Shown in pieces: positions 27,006 through 36,592 of a DNA stretch of 64,000 bases. The notes under the pieces were generated by a model. It worked only from the letters and a program-made list of their open reading frames with translations, was not told the DNA's origin and ran no database searches. The translations under genes were made by a program, and so were the position numbers. This DNA comes from a virus: IMG/VR virus record IMGVR_UViG_3300042261_001152, positions 4,618 through 68,617 of that record; one strand, 5' to 3'. Each line of letters opens with the position of its first letter. Positions within the stretch are counted from its first letter, which is position 1.

Positions 27006-27082
27006 TGGTGGGCCCGCCTGGGCTCGAACCAGGGACCAATGGATTATGAGTCCACTGCTCTGACCAACTGAGCTACAGGCCC
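27006..27082 (-). tRNA. tRNA-Ile2/Met (CAT)
   Basis: GGGCCTG acceptor, GTGGA-CTCATAA-TCCAT arm; resembles lysidine-type ileX; ACCA end. Confidence 0.88.
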
Positions 27083-27087
27083 TTAAT

Positions 27088-27179
27088 TGGCGGAAGTTAT
27101 AGGATTCGAACCTATGCTCCGGATCGCTCCAGAGGACGGCTTAGCAAGCCGCTGCCTTCGACCACTCGGCCAAACTTCC
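27088..27179 (-). tRNA. tRNA-Ser(GCT)
   Basis: GGAAGTT acceptor, CGGC-TTGCTAA-GCCG arm, long variable arm, GCCA end. Confidence 0.92.
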
Positions 27180-27187
27180 ATTATGCT

Positions 27188-27216
27188 ATTATATGATAAT
27201 CTGGGATTGTTGTCAA
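27188..27216 (-). promoter_or_regulatory. Sigma70-type promoter of the tRNA cluster
   Basis: TTGACA-17-TATAAT just upstream of tRNA-Ser. Confidence 0.7.
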
Positions 27217-27737
27217 GTATTTTGTAGACTTGGGCCTGAATACTCTGTAAATGTAATGCGACTAGCGTTTCTACCACCCATTTGATACCAATTTAGTACT
27301 ACAGTGTTTGCAGCTGGTACAAATCTTAAACTATATCTCACAGGACCTAGAGTAACTGGCTGAAAAAAGTGCTTTAAAATATGAGTATGAGTTGTACCGT
27401 TGTTCATGATGCCAGCTGGAAGTACCGCTAAAGCATCAGGACTATAATCAGCAAAAAAGGCTACAAAAAAAGTAAAGCCAGATGATGCACTTGTAAAGTT
27501 CATATTAGCTTCTACTTCAATCAAACTTTGCAAACTAGATGCAGTAAATACACCGTTCCAAAGTTCGTTGCCTTGTGTGATCTGAGGTAAGGTAGTTGGA
27601 ACCGCTAATGTAGCCGAACTTGTAACAGTTTGTGGAAATTGAAACGTCTGTAACTGTCTAATGGTCCGGATACCAGGATCAGTATAAACCGGTGCATTGA
27701 TGGTTGGTGTTATAATTGGTTTTGATGCGTTACCCAT
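27213..27737 (-). CDS. Hypothetical beta-rich protein, possibly virion-associated
   Basis: GGAG RBS; late variant GATAAATA at 27761-27768; Thr/Ser-rich. Confidence 0.55.
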   Translation of the reverse strand: MGNASKPIITPTINAPVYTDPGIRTIRQLQTFQFPQTVTSSATLAVPTTLPQITQGNELWNGVFTASSLQSLIEVEANMNFTSASSGFTFFVAFFADYSPDALAVLPAGIMNNGTTHTHILKHFFQPVTLGPVRYSLRFVPAANTVVLNWYQMGGRNASRITFTEYSGPSLQNT

Positions 27738-27767
27738 GTTAGACTCCTAGTAGAATCTAGTATTTAT

Positions 27768-28070
27768 CTAGTTTACTTTTAAACTTGCAGGGGCAACTAC
27801 TATGCCTGAACCAAAGGCCTTGTTGTATTCGTTTTTAAGATCGGCTTCGGCATCAGTCAGTATGACCACCCATCGACTATCAATGGTAAAGATTTTACCT
27901 TCGGCATAGGGCATCCAACGTGTCAGCCCAATGCTGGCACCTGTTCCGGTTGAGTTTGGTCTGACATAGACCATGCAGGGGTTTTCTATGACCAGCTGAT
28001 TGTTCTCATTGGTTAGTACATCGCCTATGAGATCTTCTCCGGTCTGTAATCGAATCAATTTTACGTTCAT
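27768..28070 (-). CDS. Conserved T4-like Sm-fold hypothetical protein
   Basis: VKLIRL.TGEDLI...WMPY...Y.KAFGSGIVV. Confidence 0.65.
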   Translation of the reverse strand: MNVKLIRLQTGEDLIGDVLTNENNQLVIENPCMVYVRPNSTGTGASIGLTRWMPYAEGKIFTIDSRWVVILTDAEADLKNEYNKAFGSGIVVAPASLKVN

Positions 28071-28080
28071 GATATCTCCA

Positions 28081-28111
28081 AAAAAAAAGGTGGGGAGAAT
28101 TGCTCCTCCCC
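28081..28111 (-). terminator. Rho-independent terminator after the porin gene
   Basis: GGGGAG...CTCCCC hairpin followed by a T run on the minus strand. Confidence 0.7.
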
Positions 28112-28187
28112 TAACAACCCACCAGAGTGCGCATAACAGAATCCCATATGATCAAGGTCTGTGAGAGGCGAGATGGGTTATGTTTAA

Positions 28188-28742
28188 TTAAAACTTCACG
28201 CCATATCCAACGCCAATGGCGTCGTATTTGCTGTCACCTAAACTGCGATCATAACCTAATGATAACGATTGATTTTTGGTCACGGCATATTCTGCACCCA
28301 GACGATAAGTACGAGTGCTATCAACATTGGCATCATTAAAGGCATCGCGGAAGCGAAGACCAGCTTTGAGGCTCAGATCAGATGTTGCTGCTACCTTGAC
28401 ACCTGGTTCCAGACTCCAGTAACCGTCGTTGCTGTCGCCATCGAATTTCTCACCTACAGCACCGCGTGTGTATAATGTAATACCTGATAATACAGGATAT
28501 TTGCCAATAGCGGCAAATTCAGTGCGGGTGTTGTTGGTGCTGTCATCATTGCTCTTGACACGAGCATAGACTTCGGCATCAAAATACTGATTGAGGTTCT
28601 TACCAACTGTTAGGCTGTAGGCATTGGCATCCTGTGTTGAGTCACGACCTTGGCGGTTCTCAAACTTGATACCTGCATAGTTACCTTCGGCTGCTGCTGC
28701 AGTTGATAGGGCTAATAGTACTGCTAGAGTTAATTTTTTCAT
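28188..28742 (-). CDS. Outer-membrane beta-barrel (porin-like) protein
   Basis: Signal peptide, alternating beta-strands, C-terminal GYGVKF beta signal. Confidence 0.75.
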   Translation of the reverse strand: MKKLTLAVLLALSTAAAAEGNYAGIKFENRQGRDSTQDANAYSLTVGKNLNQYFDAEVYARVKSNDDSTNNTRTEFAAIGKYPVLSGITLYTRGAVGEKFDGDSNDGYWSLEPGVKVAATSDLSLKAGLRFRDAFNDANVDSTRTYRLGAEYAVTKNQSLSLGYDRSLGDSKYDAIGVGYGVKF

Positions 28743-29236
28743 GCTGCTTCCTTCTCGGTTAAAAGCTCTTTTTTAGGAGCTTTGATTGTTGGAATTGTTC
28801 CAATGCTAATTTTTTTAGGTTTCTTATGCTCTGGAATAATTCTCACCAACTCAATTGTTAACAAACCATTACGTAGTTCTGCACCTTTGACTTCTACATC
28901 TTCGTTAAGAGCAAAAGTTCGGGTAAAATCTCTATTGGCAATGCCACGGTGAACATATTCAATGTCTTCGGGGCAGGTTAATGATCCCTTGACTGTAAGT
29001 TTGTTTTCTGCATACTCAATATCAATATCTTTTTCACAAAAACCAGCCACGGCCAGATCTATGGCATAGCGTGTATCATCTAATTTGGTGATATTGTATG
29101 GAGGATATCCAGTGGAATTGCGTGTTACTGCATTGGCTAATTCGTTTAGGTGATGAATATGATCATCAAAACCAACGAAAAATTTTTCAAAGTCCTTGAA
29201 ACCTGGACCAAAGGCTAAATGTGACAAAGCTGTCAT
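28739..29236 (-). CDS. Small heat-shock protein Hsp20 (IbpA-like)
   Basis: YPPYNI, LAVAGF, HRGIA.RDF.R.F.L, L.NGLL.I.L. Confidence 0.93.
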   Translation of the reverse strand: MTALSHLAFGPGFKDFEKFFVGFDDHIHHLNELANAVTRNSTGYPPYNITKLDDTRYAIDLAVAGFCEKDIDIEYAENKLTVKGSLTCPEDIEYVHRGIANRDFTRTFALNEDVEVKGAELRNGLLTIELVRIIPEHKKPKKISIGTIPTIKAPKKELLTEKEAA

Positions 29237-29243
29237 GGTACTT

Positions 29244-29260
29244 CTCCTTAGTTAAGCGAG
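29244..29260 (-). promoter_or_regulatory. ROSE-like RNA thermometer hairpin over the Hsp20 SD
   Basis: CUCGCUU-AACU-AAGGAG with bulged G, matching ROSE U(U/C)GCU. Confidence 0.6.
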
Positions 29261-29322
29261 TTAATAAAATTGACTACCCCTAAGGCGTAGCCAGGCAATT
29301 TAAGGTCTTGCCCAGGACCTAG

Positions 29323-29330
29323 TATTTATA
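29323..29330 (-). promoter_or_regulatory. Late promoter TATAAATA upstream of hsp20
   Basis: Exact match. Confidence 0.7.
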
Positions 29331-29543
29331 TTATTCTGGTACTACTGTTTCAGCGTCATTGACCGCTTTTAGTAGATCTTCCTGTAGCTTCTCACGCTTG
29401 TCGTTGCGTTGATCTTCTGGAACCTGAGGCAGGCTCTGTTCGCGAACTTTATCAATCAAAGGAGCCACAGTCTCATAGGGCAATTTAGCCAGAGCCAATA
29501 AAATAGCATTTACTTCGTTGATGCTCAAATCAAGTTTAATCAT
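29331..29543 (-). CDS. Small conserved hypothetical protein
   Basis: MIKLDLSINEVNAIL.AL.KLPY..VA.LI.K. Confidence 0.6.
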   Translation of the reverse strand: MIKLDLSINEVNAILLALAKLPYETVAPLIDKVREQSLPQVPEDQRNDKREKLQEDLLKAVNDAETVVPE

Positions 29544-29979
29544 AAGTATTTTCCTTGTAGGTACGTTTTTTGCCAATGTTGTACTTGGTCTGTAGATTCC
29601 AAGCATTCTTTTCATCAAAGTTGAGTATTTTGATCTGACTCAGAGGAGCCTGATCAGTATATTTATCTGGGTTCATGATGGCCAACAGACCCCAATCAGC
29701 CAGCAGTTTAGCTATGCTGTTGCGTCGTTGAATATCATTTTTGCTTAAATCTGTAGTTTTACCATCAAGGGCAAATAGCTCCTTGAAATGTACTATGAAG
29801 TAATGACCCTGTTTGTGCAGGATATGGCAGCTCTGATATAAGGTATTATCTCTGCGGCTGGCTACACCAATGCGAGTCAGTGTTTCACGAATCTTTAAAA
29901 AGTCGTCAGGCTGAGCCAGTTTGACTTCTAAAGGATAGTATTCGAATGGTAGGTCCAGATTAAAAAAATCTTGGATCAT
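29536..29979 (-). CDS. regA: Translational repressor RegA
   Basis: DDFLKIRETLTRIGVAS, LYQSCHILHKQG.Y.IVHFKELFALDG. Confidence 0.96.
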   Translation of the reverse strand: MIQDFFNLDLPFEYYPLEVKLAQPDDFLKIRETLTRIGVASRRDNTLYQSCHILHKQGHYFIVHFKELFALDGKTTDLSKNDIQRRNSIAKLLADWGLLAIMNPDKYTDQAPLSQIKILNFDEKNAWNLQTKYNIGKKRTYKENTYD

Positions 29980-30425
29980 GCTTGTCCACCTTTGTTCAAT
30001 CGTTTCTTAATGGTCAACAATTGATCTAGTGTTAAAAGAGGCAATACCTGGCGGGCCTTGGCCATGCTATAACCATAGTATTTACATATATCTTCTAGCA
30101 CATCAATCGTCTCGGGCTTTAACCACTTGTTATATCTTTTGCGTGGTCTTATAGTATTTATAAGAAAATCGAATTGTAGACGAAAGTCCAAATGGTAACG
30201 GCTATTCATTTCATTGGCGCAGATTACAGTATCTGCACCCATGCTCAAAGCTCTGAGAACAAAATAAATTTCTTTGCTGGCCTGAGCTTCATTATCCTCA
30301 TTGATCAGTTCGGTGTCATGAGCATTAATGGCATTGATTATGTCCCAGGGGCTGACTCTGGGCTTTTTGGTATCAATTTCATCAGGGACCTTAGGTGCTT
30401 GTAGACCTAGGAGATCGCCCAGCAT
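29976..30425 (-). CDS. 62: Clamp loader small subunit gp62
   Basis: ANEMN, QFDFLIN.IR.RKRY.KW.K, YYGYS..KA. Confidence 0.9.
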   Translation of the reverse strand: MLGDLLGLQAPKVPDEIDTKKPRVSPWDIINAINAHDTELINEDNEAQASKEIYFVLRALSMGADTVICANEMNSRYHLDFRLQFDFLINTIRPRKRYNKWLKPETIDVLEDICKYYGYSMAKARQVLPLLTLDQLLTIKKRLNKGGQA

Positions 30426-31369
30426 TATTTAAACTTTACTGAGGCCATGATTTCAGTTAAACAGGCAACCAGATTGATTTCTGCGTCAGCCACGAAAGCT
30501 GCCTTGTACTGATAATCAGCCAATAATAGAATTAGATTAGGAATGTTTTCTACATGCTCTACCAGAGAGTCATAGAGTTTACGAAATATGCTGCTGGGGT
30601 CAGCATCAATGTTATTTACCACCCACTGACGCATTTTCTTCCAGTCCTTGTCTTTTAGAGCGTCAACCAATTCCTTGGTATTGACATCGGCCAGATTGGC
30701 CAGGATACCTTCGTCAATGCTTCCACTTACACTGTAGCGCTGAAGTTCATTTAGGCATCTGCGATAGTCCGGAAAGTAGCGTTCAACAAGCTTGACCAGA
30801 ACCTTGGGATCTGGTGCCAGTATGGATTCCTGATCTAAAATCTCCTGAACTCGTTTAAAGAATTGAGCTGCTAGTCCAGGTTTTTCTGACTTGGCTAACT
30901 TAAATTCTATGACCGTGGTTCGGCTATGCAGGGCCGGAATGATTTTATTTTTATAATTACAGGTAAAGATGAATCTGCAGTTACTGCTAAACTCTTCTAT
31001 GAAACCACGCAATGCGGGCTGAGTACTAGTAGGATTTAAATAATCTGCTTCATCTAGTATGACTACCTTGGGTCGGCCATTAAAACTCATGGCAGCTGCA
31101 AAGCCCTTGATGTCATTTCTCAAAGTGTCAATGTTACGTTCCATACTGGCATTGATTACCAGATAGTCAGCACCTAGCTCTTCGCATAGTGCTCTGGCTA
31201 CAGTAGTCTTGCCCATGCCGGCTCCACCACATAGCAACATGTTGGATATTTCACCTTTGGCAACAAACTGCTTAAAGGTTGTCTTCATAGCCTCGGGTAA
31301 AATACAATCGTCAATGCGTCTAGGACGATATTTCTCTACCCAGAGAAACTGATTCTGATTTACTTCCAT
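30425..31369 (-). CDS. 44: Clamp loader large subunit gp44
   Basis: WVEKYRP, G.GKTT, ILDEAD, QPALR. Confidence 0.95.
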   Translation of the reverse strand: MEVNQNQFLWVEKYRPRRIDDCILPEAMKTTFKQFVAKGEISNMLLCGGAGMGKTTVARALCEELGADYLVINASMERNIDTLRNDIKGFAAAMSFNGRPKVVILDEADYLNPTSTQPALRGFIEEFSSNCRFIFTCNYKNKIIPALHSRTTVIEFKLAKSEKPGLAAQFFKRVQEILDQESILAPDPKVLVKLVERYFPDYRRCLNELQRYSVSGSIDEGILANLADVNTKELVDALKDKDWKKMRQWVVNNIDADPSSIFRKLYDSLVEHVENIPNLILLLADYQYKAAFVADAEINLVACLTEIMASVKFK

Positions 31370-31384
31370 GATATAAACTCCAGA

Positions 31385-32041
31385 TTAGATTGTAGATTTT
31401 GGATCTAATGCTAACCAATACTCAGGCTGAGCTGCTGTAGTTGGTTTGAAGTGTAAAAACTTCTTCTGACTCAGTGTCACGGTATAGTTATCTGGTAATA
31501 TCTTAAAGTTATTTACATCTAAAATAGCATTGAATGTAAGATCTGTCTGACCAATGACCTTGCTCTGAGTAAGCGTCTTGGCTTTATTGCTTACATATAC
31601 TGAGGCTTTACCACCCTCAGCCTTGAATATAACATGCTCTGCTGCACTGATATTGATGGCCTTGCCAATTAGGGCAACATCAGCTGCTGATAGATTAAAC
31701 TCATAGTGAGTATCTAATTCAATACTCTTGCCCTGAGGTGGTGCCATGATAACATCTGGGCTGGCATATTGATATTCAAATGTACTGCCTGCATTGGTAA
31801 TTTTAAGACTTCTTTCACCAAACTCAATGTCCTGATTCTCCATGTAGCTGATAATCTCCAAGAGACTATTGAGCTCATAGATGCAGGCTTCGGTTGGGAA
31901 TGTATCAGCTACAGTTGCCTTGGCAAAAATGCTCTGTTGCGGACTAATGGTAGCCAATTCATTGCCTGGATAAATTCTAAGGTTGTTGCTGATAGTGGCA
32001 AAATTCTTCAGCACATTCATGGTTTCTTTACTAATTTTCAT
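31385..32041 (-). CDS. 45: Sliding clamp gp45
   Basis: MKISKET..LKNFA.I, IYELN..L; synteny with 44/62. Confidence 0.88.
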   Translation of the reverse strand: MKISKETMNVLKNFATISNNLRIYPGNELATISPQQSIFAKATVADTFPTEACIYELNSLLEIISYMENQDIEFGERSLKITNAGSTFEYQYASPDVIMAPPQGKSIELDTHYEFNLSAADVALIGKAINISAAEHVIFKAEGGKASVYVSNKAKTLTQSKVIGQTDLTFNAILDVNNFKILPDNYTVTLSQKKFLHFKPTTAAQPEYWLALDPKSTI

Positions 32042-32697
32042 TACAAAACTCCTTCTGGTTTATCAATACTACTATTATAATTAATTTTGTCTTTATGGTC
32101 AATAACTATCTGATTTATTTTCATTAAAAATTCTGGTATGGTTCCATCATTACTTACAACATGGTCTTCACCGCAGGCAATCCAGGCCCATTCACTGGCA
32201 TGAACATCTGGGAATAACTTATCCATGCTCAGAGGATTATTACGAGCTGTTGACCACCAAATGGGTCTTTCACCACGCTCTACTCTGATGATAATACCAC
32301 CTGCTGCTTTAATGGCATCAATCTCATTGGGGAAACGCACATCACTGATGACTACATCATCATCACTCATCATGAGCTTGCGTTCTAGGCTGGCTACCCA
32401 GATGTCATTATGCAGGGTATCTCGGCATACGTCTGTACCGAAAAACTGGAGGACCCAACGCGGAGTAAGGTGAGGGATACTCAGGCGTTCGGCCCACCAG
32501 TCATCGACTCGTTCTCTCCAGGCGCGAGACTCTGCAGTCTGGCCCTGAAGTAATTCTCTGTCCCAATGGAATATGTTGGCTACGGCATCTTTAAGGGTGT
32601 TGGCAAAACTATCGCGTCTAAAGCCCCAGGCTAATTCCAGTTGCTCTGCTGCGGTATCTTTACCACTACCAATTAATCCTACTAATCCTATGATCAT
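32041..32697 (-). CDS. 1: Deoxynucleoside monophosphate kinase gp1
   Basis: GLIGSGKDT, FA..LKD, TPRWVLQFFGT, SDVRFPNE, HASE. Confidence 0.9.
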   Translation of the reverse strand: MIIGLVGLIGSGKDTAAEQLELAWGFRRDSFANTLKDAVANIFHWDRELLQGQTAESRAWRERVDDWWAERLSIPHLTPRWVLQFFGTDVCRDTLHNDIWVASLERKLMMSDDDVVISDVRFPNEIDAIKAAGGIIIRVERGERPIWWSTARNNPLSMDKLFPDVHASEWAWIACGEDHVVSNDGTIPEFLMKINQIVIDHKDKINYNSSIDKPEGVL

Positions 32698-32772
32698 AAA
32701 TCATCCCTGTACATGTAGTATAAAATAACTGATATAACTATGAACAAAATCAACAATATCAGAACCTGAGCT

Positions 32773-33075
32773 TTATTTGCAAACATCTTGTTTATATTTA
32801 CGAAACCAATCCCGTTCCCACATACAGGCATAGGGATCATCTTTAATCCAATCTTCTTTGCTCCAGCGTTCAAATCTAGCTGTACGTTCTGCATTATGAA
32901 AACTAGGCTTGGGTTTGGCTGTTACTTTATCTACTACCCATTCACCAGCAGTAAATGCTGCAGTCACTGGCGTTGGTATCAGAGTGTTATCTGCGGCCCA
33001 GATTACCAGGGGCAGAGTAAACAATAGCACTGCCAGGGTCGCTGGCAGTACTAACTCTTTGATTTGATTAGGCAT
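32773..33075 (-). CDS. Hypothetical membrane/exported protein
   Basis: N-terminal hydrophobic segment. Confidence 0.5.
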   Translation of the reverse strand: MPNQIKELVLPATLAVLLFTLPLVIWAADNTLIPTPVTAAFTAGEWVVDKVTAKPKPSFHNAERTARFERWSKEDWIKDDPYACMWERDWFRKYKQDVCK

Positions 33076-34303
33076 TTACAGGACCTGTATTTGTACCGCC
33101 TATGATAGTGTGACCTTGATTAGTTAATACCACAGTACCATCTGGTGTTAGATCGTCTGTTCTAGGCTGTTTCTGTGTGTCTGCCTCATTTTCAGGCACG
33201 CTAACTGCTTGATTTTCTTCGGGTTTATCAACCTTGTTATAAAGGTCCATGAAGGCTGATTTTGTCTCTTCATCAAATCGATTTACACAGAGCTCAATGG
33301 CTTTGACTCTGTTGCGTTTGAACATGCTAAAGGCCTTGACAATATGAATCAATCTACGAGTGCTGACAATTTCATCAACGCCACCCTCGGCAAAGGTTTT
33401 ACGAATAATATCAGCCCAGGTTACCAATAGGTCAGCAAACTGTACATCAACTACATTTAATTCTGTCATCTTGTTCATGATGATTTCATGCTCAACCTTA
33501 GTACCAGGGAATTCCTGTTCTACAGTAATGGCAAATCGTTCTAGGAATGCCTCGTCCAGAATCTGTGCACCAATGAATCGACCATCGTCTGTGCCACGGC
33601 CTTTGGTATTGGCTGTAGCAATGATATTAAAGCCTGCAGCTGGATGCACTACCTCGCCGGTCTTTTTATTGAAGTATGGTTTGCCTTCTAGGATGGCCTG
33701 TAAACACATGAGCTTGTTCGATCCACGGTCACATTCGTCAATGAGCAAGATAGCTCCGCGTTTCATGGCCAATAATACTGGACCTTCGCGGTAAACAATG
33801 TTACCATCAATTAGAGTATTACCACCAATGAGATCGTCTTCGTCAGTCTCTACTGAAACGTTTACACGCACACATTCACGTTTAAGCTCTGCGCAGACCT
33901 GTTCCACCATGGTAGTCTTACCATTACCAGATAACCCAGTAACAAACACTGGATAGAAAATCTTACTGCTAATAATAGATTTCATGTCACGGTAAAATCC
34001 AAACGGAACATAACCACTATCTTTTAAGGGGATCATATCATCCACAACTGTCTCCATTTTTTTCTGACGCACCATGGGCACAACGGCCATGGCTGGTTCT
34101 GGTACTACGGCTTTGGGTTTAAGATCATAGGTGCCTCGGCTGATCTTGTATTCAGCTGAGTCAATGATGAATCTCGGAAACGGAAGCTTTTTGCTTTTGG
34201 CAAATTCTTCCAGCTGACGGCGAGTAACAATTTCGCCATGATTTGCGATCACCTCAGTTAAGAATTGATCTTGTTCAGATTTACTCCACTTCCAATTGCT
34301 CAT
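33068..34303 (-). CDS. MoxR/CobS-like AAA+ ATPase
   Basis: GLSGNGKT, LLIDE, ATANTKGRG, LDEAFLERF, STRRL. Confidence 0.9.
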   Translation of the reverse strand: MSNWKWSKSEQDQFLTEVIANHGEIVTRRQLEEFAKSKKLPFPRFIIDSAEYKISRGTYDLKPKAVVPEPAMAVVPMVRQKKMETVVDDMIPLKDSGYVPFGFYRDMKSIISSKIFYPVFVTGLSGNGKTTMVEQVCAELKRECVRVNVSVETDEDDLIGGNTLIDGNIVYREGPVLLAMKRGAILLIDECDRGSNKLMCLQAILEGKPYFNKKTGEVVHPAAGFNIIATANTKGRGTDDGRFIGAQILDEAFLERFAITVEQEFPGTKVEHEIIMNKMTELNVVDVQFADLLVTWADIIRKTFAEGGVDEIVSTRRLIHIVKAFSMFKRNRVKAIELCVNRFDEETKSAFMDLYNKVDKPEENQAVSVPENEADTQKQPRTDDLTPDGTVVLTNQGHTIIGGTNTGPVNA

Positions 34304-34341
34304 AATACAACTCCTCACCAGTTATTAACATTACAAATACT

Positions 34342-34369
34342 ATTATATAGGAACGATGCTCAGAGTCAA
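34342..34369 (-). promoter_or_regulatory. Early promoter, 16-bp spacer class
   Basis: TTGACT-16-TATAAT with ATCGTTCCTA. Confidence 0.7.
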
Positions 34370-34389
34370 GCATTTTCCGTGCCTCATTT

Positions 34390-36537
34390 TTAGGCAATCA
34401 TTTTAATGAATCGGTTCAATAATACTCGGTTCAATCCCTTGCTTTTCTGCATTTTTCTAAAGGCTCTACCTATGTCTCTTACATTGGCATTGGCTTCTAC
34501 ATCAAATTCGTCATTGACCACCATGTCACTTTTAACTATGTAATACTCATTGTAGCCGGCCTGCCTAAGTATGGCTACGCGATCCTGACGAAATTGTTCC
34601 ATGATTTTATTTTCGTCCAGAGTATTGTTCATGTCCTGCTGTGATCTAAGCTCCTGATTAACTGTGTTTCTAACAGAATTGGTTAGATAAAAACCAACAA
34701 TGTTACAACCAGTGTTTAGGCGAACCAATTCTAACAGAGCCTTGTTTAAAGATTTTTGGCTGTGTCTGGCTCTGAGTCGTATGGTGTGTTTGGTTCTGTT
34801 ATCAGTAATGAAAGTATTACTATACCAGCCTGAATCAACATATTGGAATCTAGGGCTAGTTAGATCTGGTTTGCCGTCGATGTCGTAATAGCCCTGAGAC
34901 ACCTTAACGGTCTGATCACTCTCACCATCGGTTAAGAACACCATGTTAACAATTTCTGCACCAGTGCGCGCACGGAATCTATCAAAAATATTCTGGCTCA
35001 GCAATAATGCACAATTCAATGGTGTGCTGTGCATGTGTTCGCAGGCTGGTTGAAAGTTCATCCAACCATAATCATAACCACCATCACGGCTATATCTGCC
35101 ACTGTTATTCATCCAAGTCTTCATGATCATGCAAAGGTTACCCACCATGCGTTTATAATCTACAGCACTCATGTTAGAGCTAAAATACTGCTGAAGCCTA
35201 AAGTCTGGATCTGTGATGGCTAACTGATTATCAATATGCGCGCCTCGTCTTAGAGACCATTGATCCTGATATATTTTTGTTGCATCTTTGTCCTCCCAGA
35301 ACACTCGATTGTCATTGGTAAAACCATACACCTCAAATGGAATGTTTACCTTGCGACAAAATTCCACCAGGATTAAAATCTGCTCTATGACACCAGCAAT
35401 GCTAGAGTGCATGCTACCACTCATGTCATAGAACATGACCAAACCGTGATTCTTGCCCTTGGGTATGCTGGTAACCTTAAGGAATAGATCCTCGCTAAAT
35501 TTATACTTGAATAATTTTTTAACATCAATTTCGCCTGTTTTGCTGATCTGAGCTCTGGCCAATTGCTGAGCATTACGACGCAATTCAAATTCTTTAACCA
35601 GGTAATTGATGAATTTTAAATTCTTTAATCTAAATGCAGCATAGATTTCTGCACGACGCTCTTCCTGCTCGGGCTTAAAGTTATGCAACTGGAGCATGGT
35701 TTTATAGCTCCAGACATAAGGGTTAGCATCATAGGTGCCAACCGTATAATAGTTATAGGGTTGTGATTTTTCGTCTAAGAGTTCATGTTCACGTTTTCTA
35801 AAAGCTTCATCAGTTAAACTGCGAGGCGCTTGCATGTCTAAAATTTTCTGAGCCAATGCCTCGGCTTCTTCGTCAGTTAGATCTAACTCCTGACTCTGAC
35901 CATCGTCATCACCAGTACCTTCACCAAATTCTATTTTCATTAGATCGGCCTGAGCTTTAAGTTTTTTATCTTTTAATTCTTCCTCGGCCATTTTATATAG
36001 ACGCTTGGCAATATCAACTACTTCATCCCAGGTTTCGCAGGCTTCTACTTCCTGTATGAGCTCTTGCTCAGCTGGACTAAAATCAATGTTAAGTAGTGCG
36101 CCTACCTTAAAGTATAGATTAAGGCGGTCAATAAAAAGTAAATCATCAACATCTTCTTGGGCAATACCAAAAAAGTCTCGATCAAATAATTCTCTATAGG
36201 CTACATGGAAGTTTTTCTTGATGCCAGGATACTGACGTTTGATCAATTTTTCAATGCGGGCATCTTCTAATACATTCAAGAAGCCTTTGAAATGGTCACC
36301 GAAATCTTTATCCATGACCTGATCATGCCAGCCTTCGTGCGGAGTATATAGAGCATGACCTACTTCATGGCCTGTTAACAGGTCATATAGATCAGAACTC
36401 ATGTCCTTCCAGCTGGGTAGTGCAAGAAGCCTATTTTTAGTATCAAAGTAGGCTGTGGGAATGTTTTTATGTTGAACCGTTAGATTTTCTTTGGCCAACA
36501 ATCTTGCTAAAATACTTTTACTTTGCTTAATATCCAT
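34390..36537 (-). CDS. Metallopeptidase-like/vWA protein (CobT-like AAA partner)
   Basis: GHEVGHAL, EDARIE, MIDAS DMSGSM, TP, LTDGE. Confidence 0.8.
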   Translation of the reverse strand: MDIKQSKSILARLLAKENLTVQHKNIPTAYFDTKNRLLALPSWKDMSSDLYDLLTGHEVGHALYTPHEGWHDQVMDKDFGDHFKGFLNVLEDARIEKLIKRQYPGIKKNFHVAYRELFDRDFFGIAQEDVDDLLFIDRLNLYFKVGALLNIDFSPAEQELIQEVEACETWDEVVDIAKRLYKMAEEELKDKKLKAQADLMKIEFGEGTGDDDGQSQELDLTDEEAEALAQKILDMQAPRSLTDEAFRKREHELLDEKSQPYNYYTVGTYDANPYVWSYKTMLQLHNFKPEQEERRAEIYAAFRLKNLKFINYLVKEFELRRNAQQLARAQISKTGEIDVKKLFKYKFSEDLFLKVTSIPKGKNHGLVMFYDMSGSMHSSIAGVIEQILILVEFCRKVNIPFEVYGFTNDNRVFWEDKDATKIYQDQWSLRRGAHIDNQLAITDPDFRLQQYFSSNMSAVDYKRMVGNLCMIMKTWMNNSGRYSRDGGYDYGWMNFQPACEHMHSTPLNCALLLSQNIFDRFRARTGAEIVNMVFLTDGESDQTVKVSQGYYDIDGKPDLTSPRFQYVDSGWYSNTFITDNRTKHTIRLRARHSQKSLNKALLELVRLNTGCNIVGFYLTNSVRNTVNQELRSQQDMNNTLDENKIMEQFRQDRVAILRQAGYNEYYIVKSDMVVNDEFDVEANANVRDIGRAFRKMQKSKGLNRVLLNRFIKMIA

Positions 36538-36564
36538 AAGTCTCACCTTATTAAGTATACAACC

Positions 36565-36592
36565 ATTATATAGGAACGATGCTAGATGTCAA
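36565..36592 (-). promoter_or_regulatory. Early promoter, 16-bp spacer class
   Basis: TTGACA-16-TATAAT with ATCGTTCCTA. Confidence 0.7.

Noticed and set aside
26836-27277. ORFs 26836-27039, 27083-27277, 24959-25156 and 37042-37263
   Set aside because: They are translations across tRNA genes with no protein motifs, unlike the MazG-like case
33068-36546. AAA ATPase plus vWA/peptidase pair as cobalamin biosynthesis (cobST) or a novel system
   Set aside because: A common pair in T4-like phages; no other cobalamin genes are present
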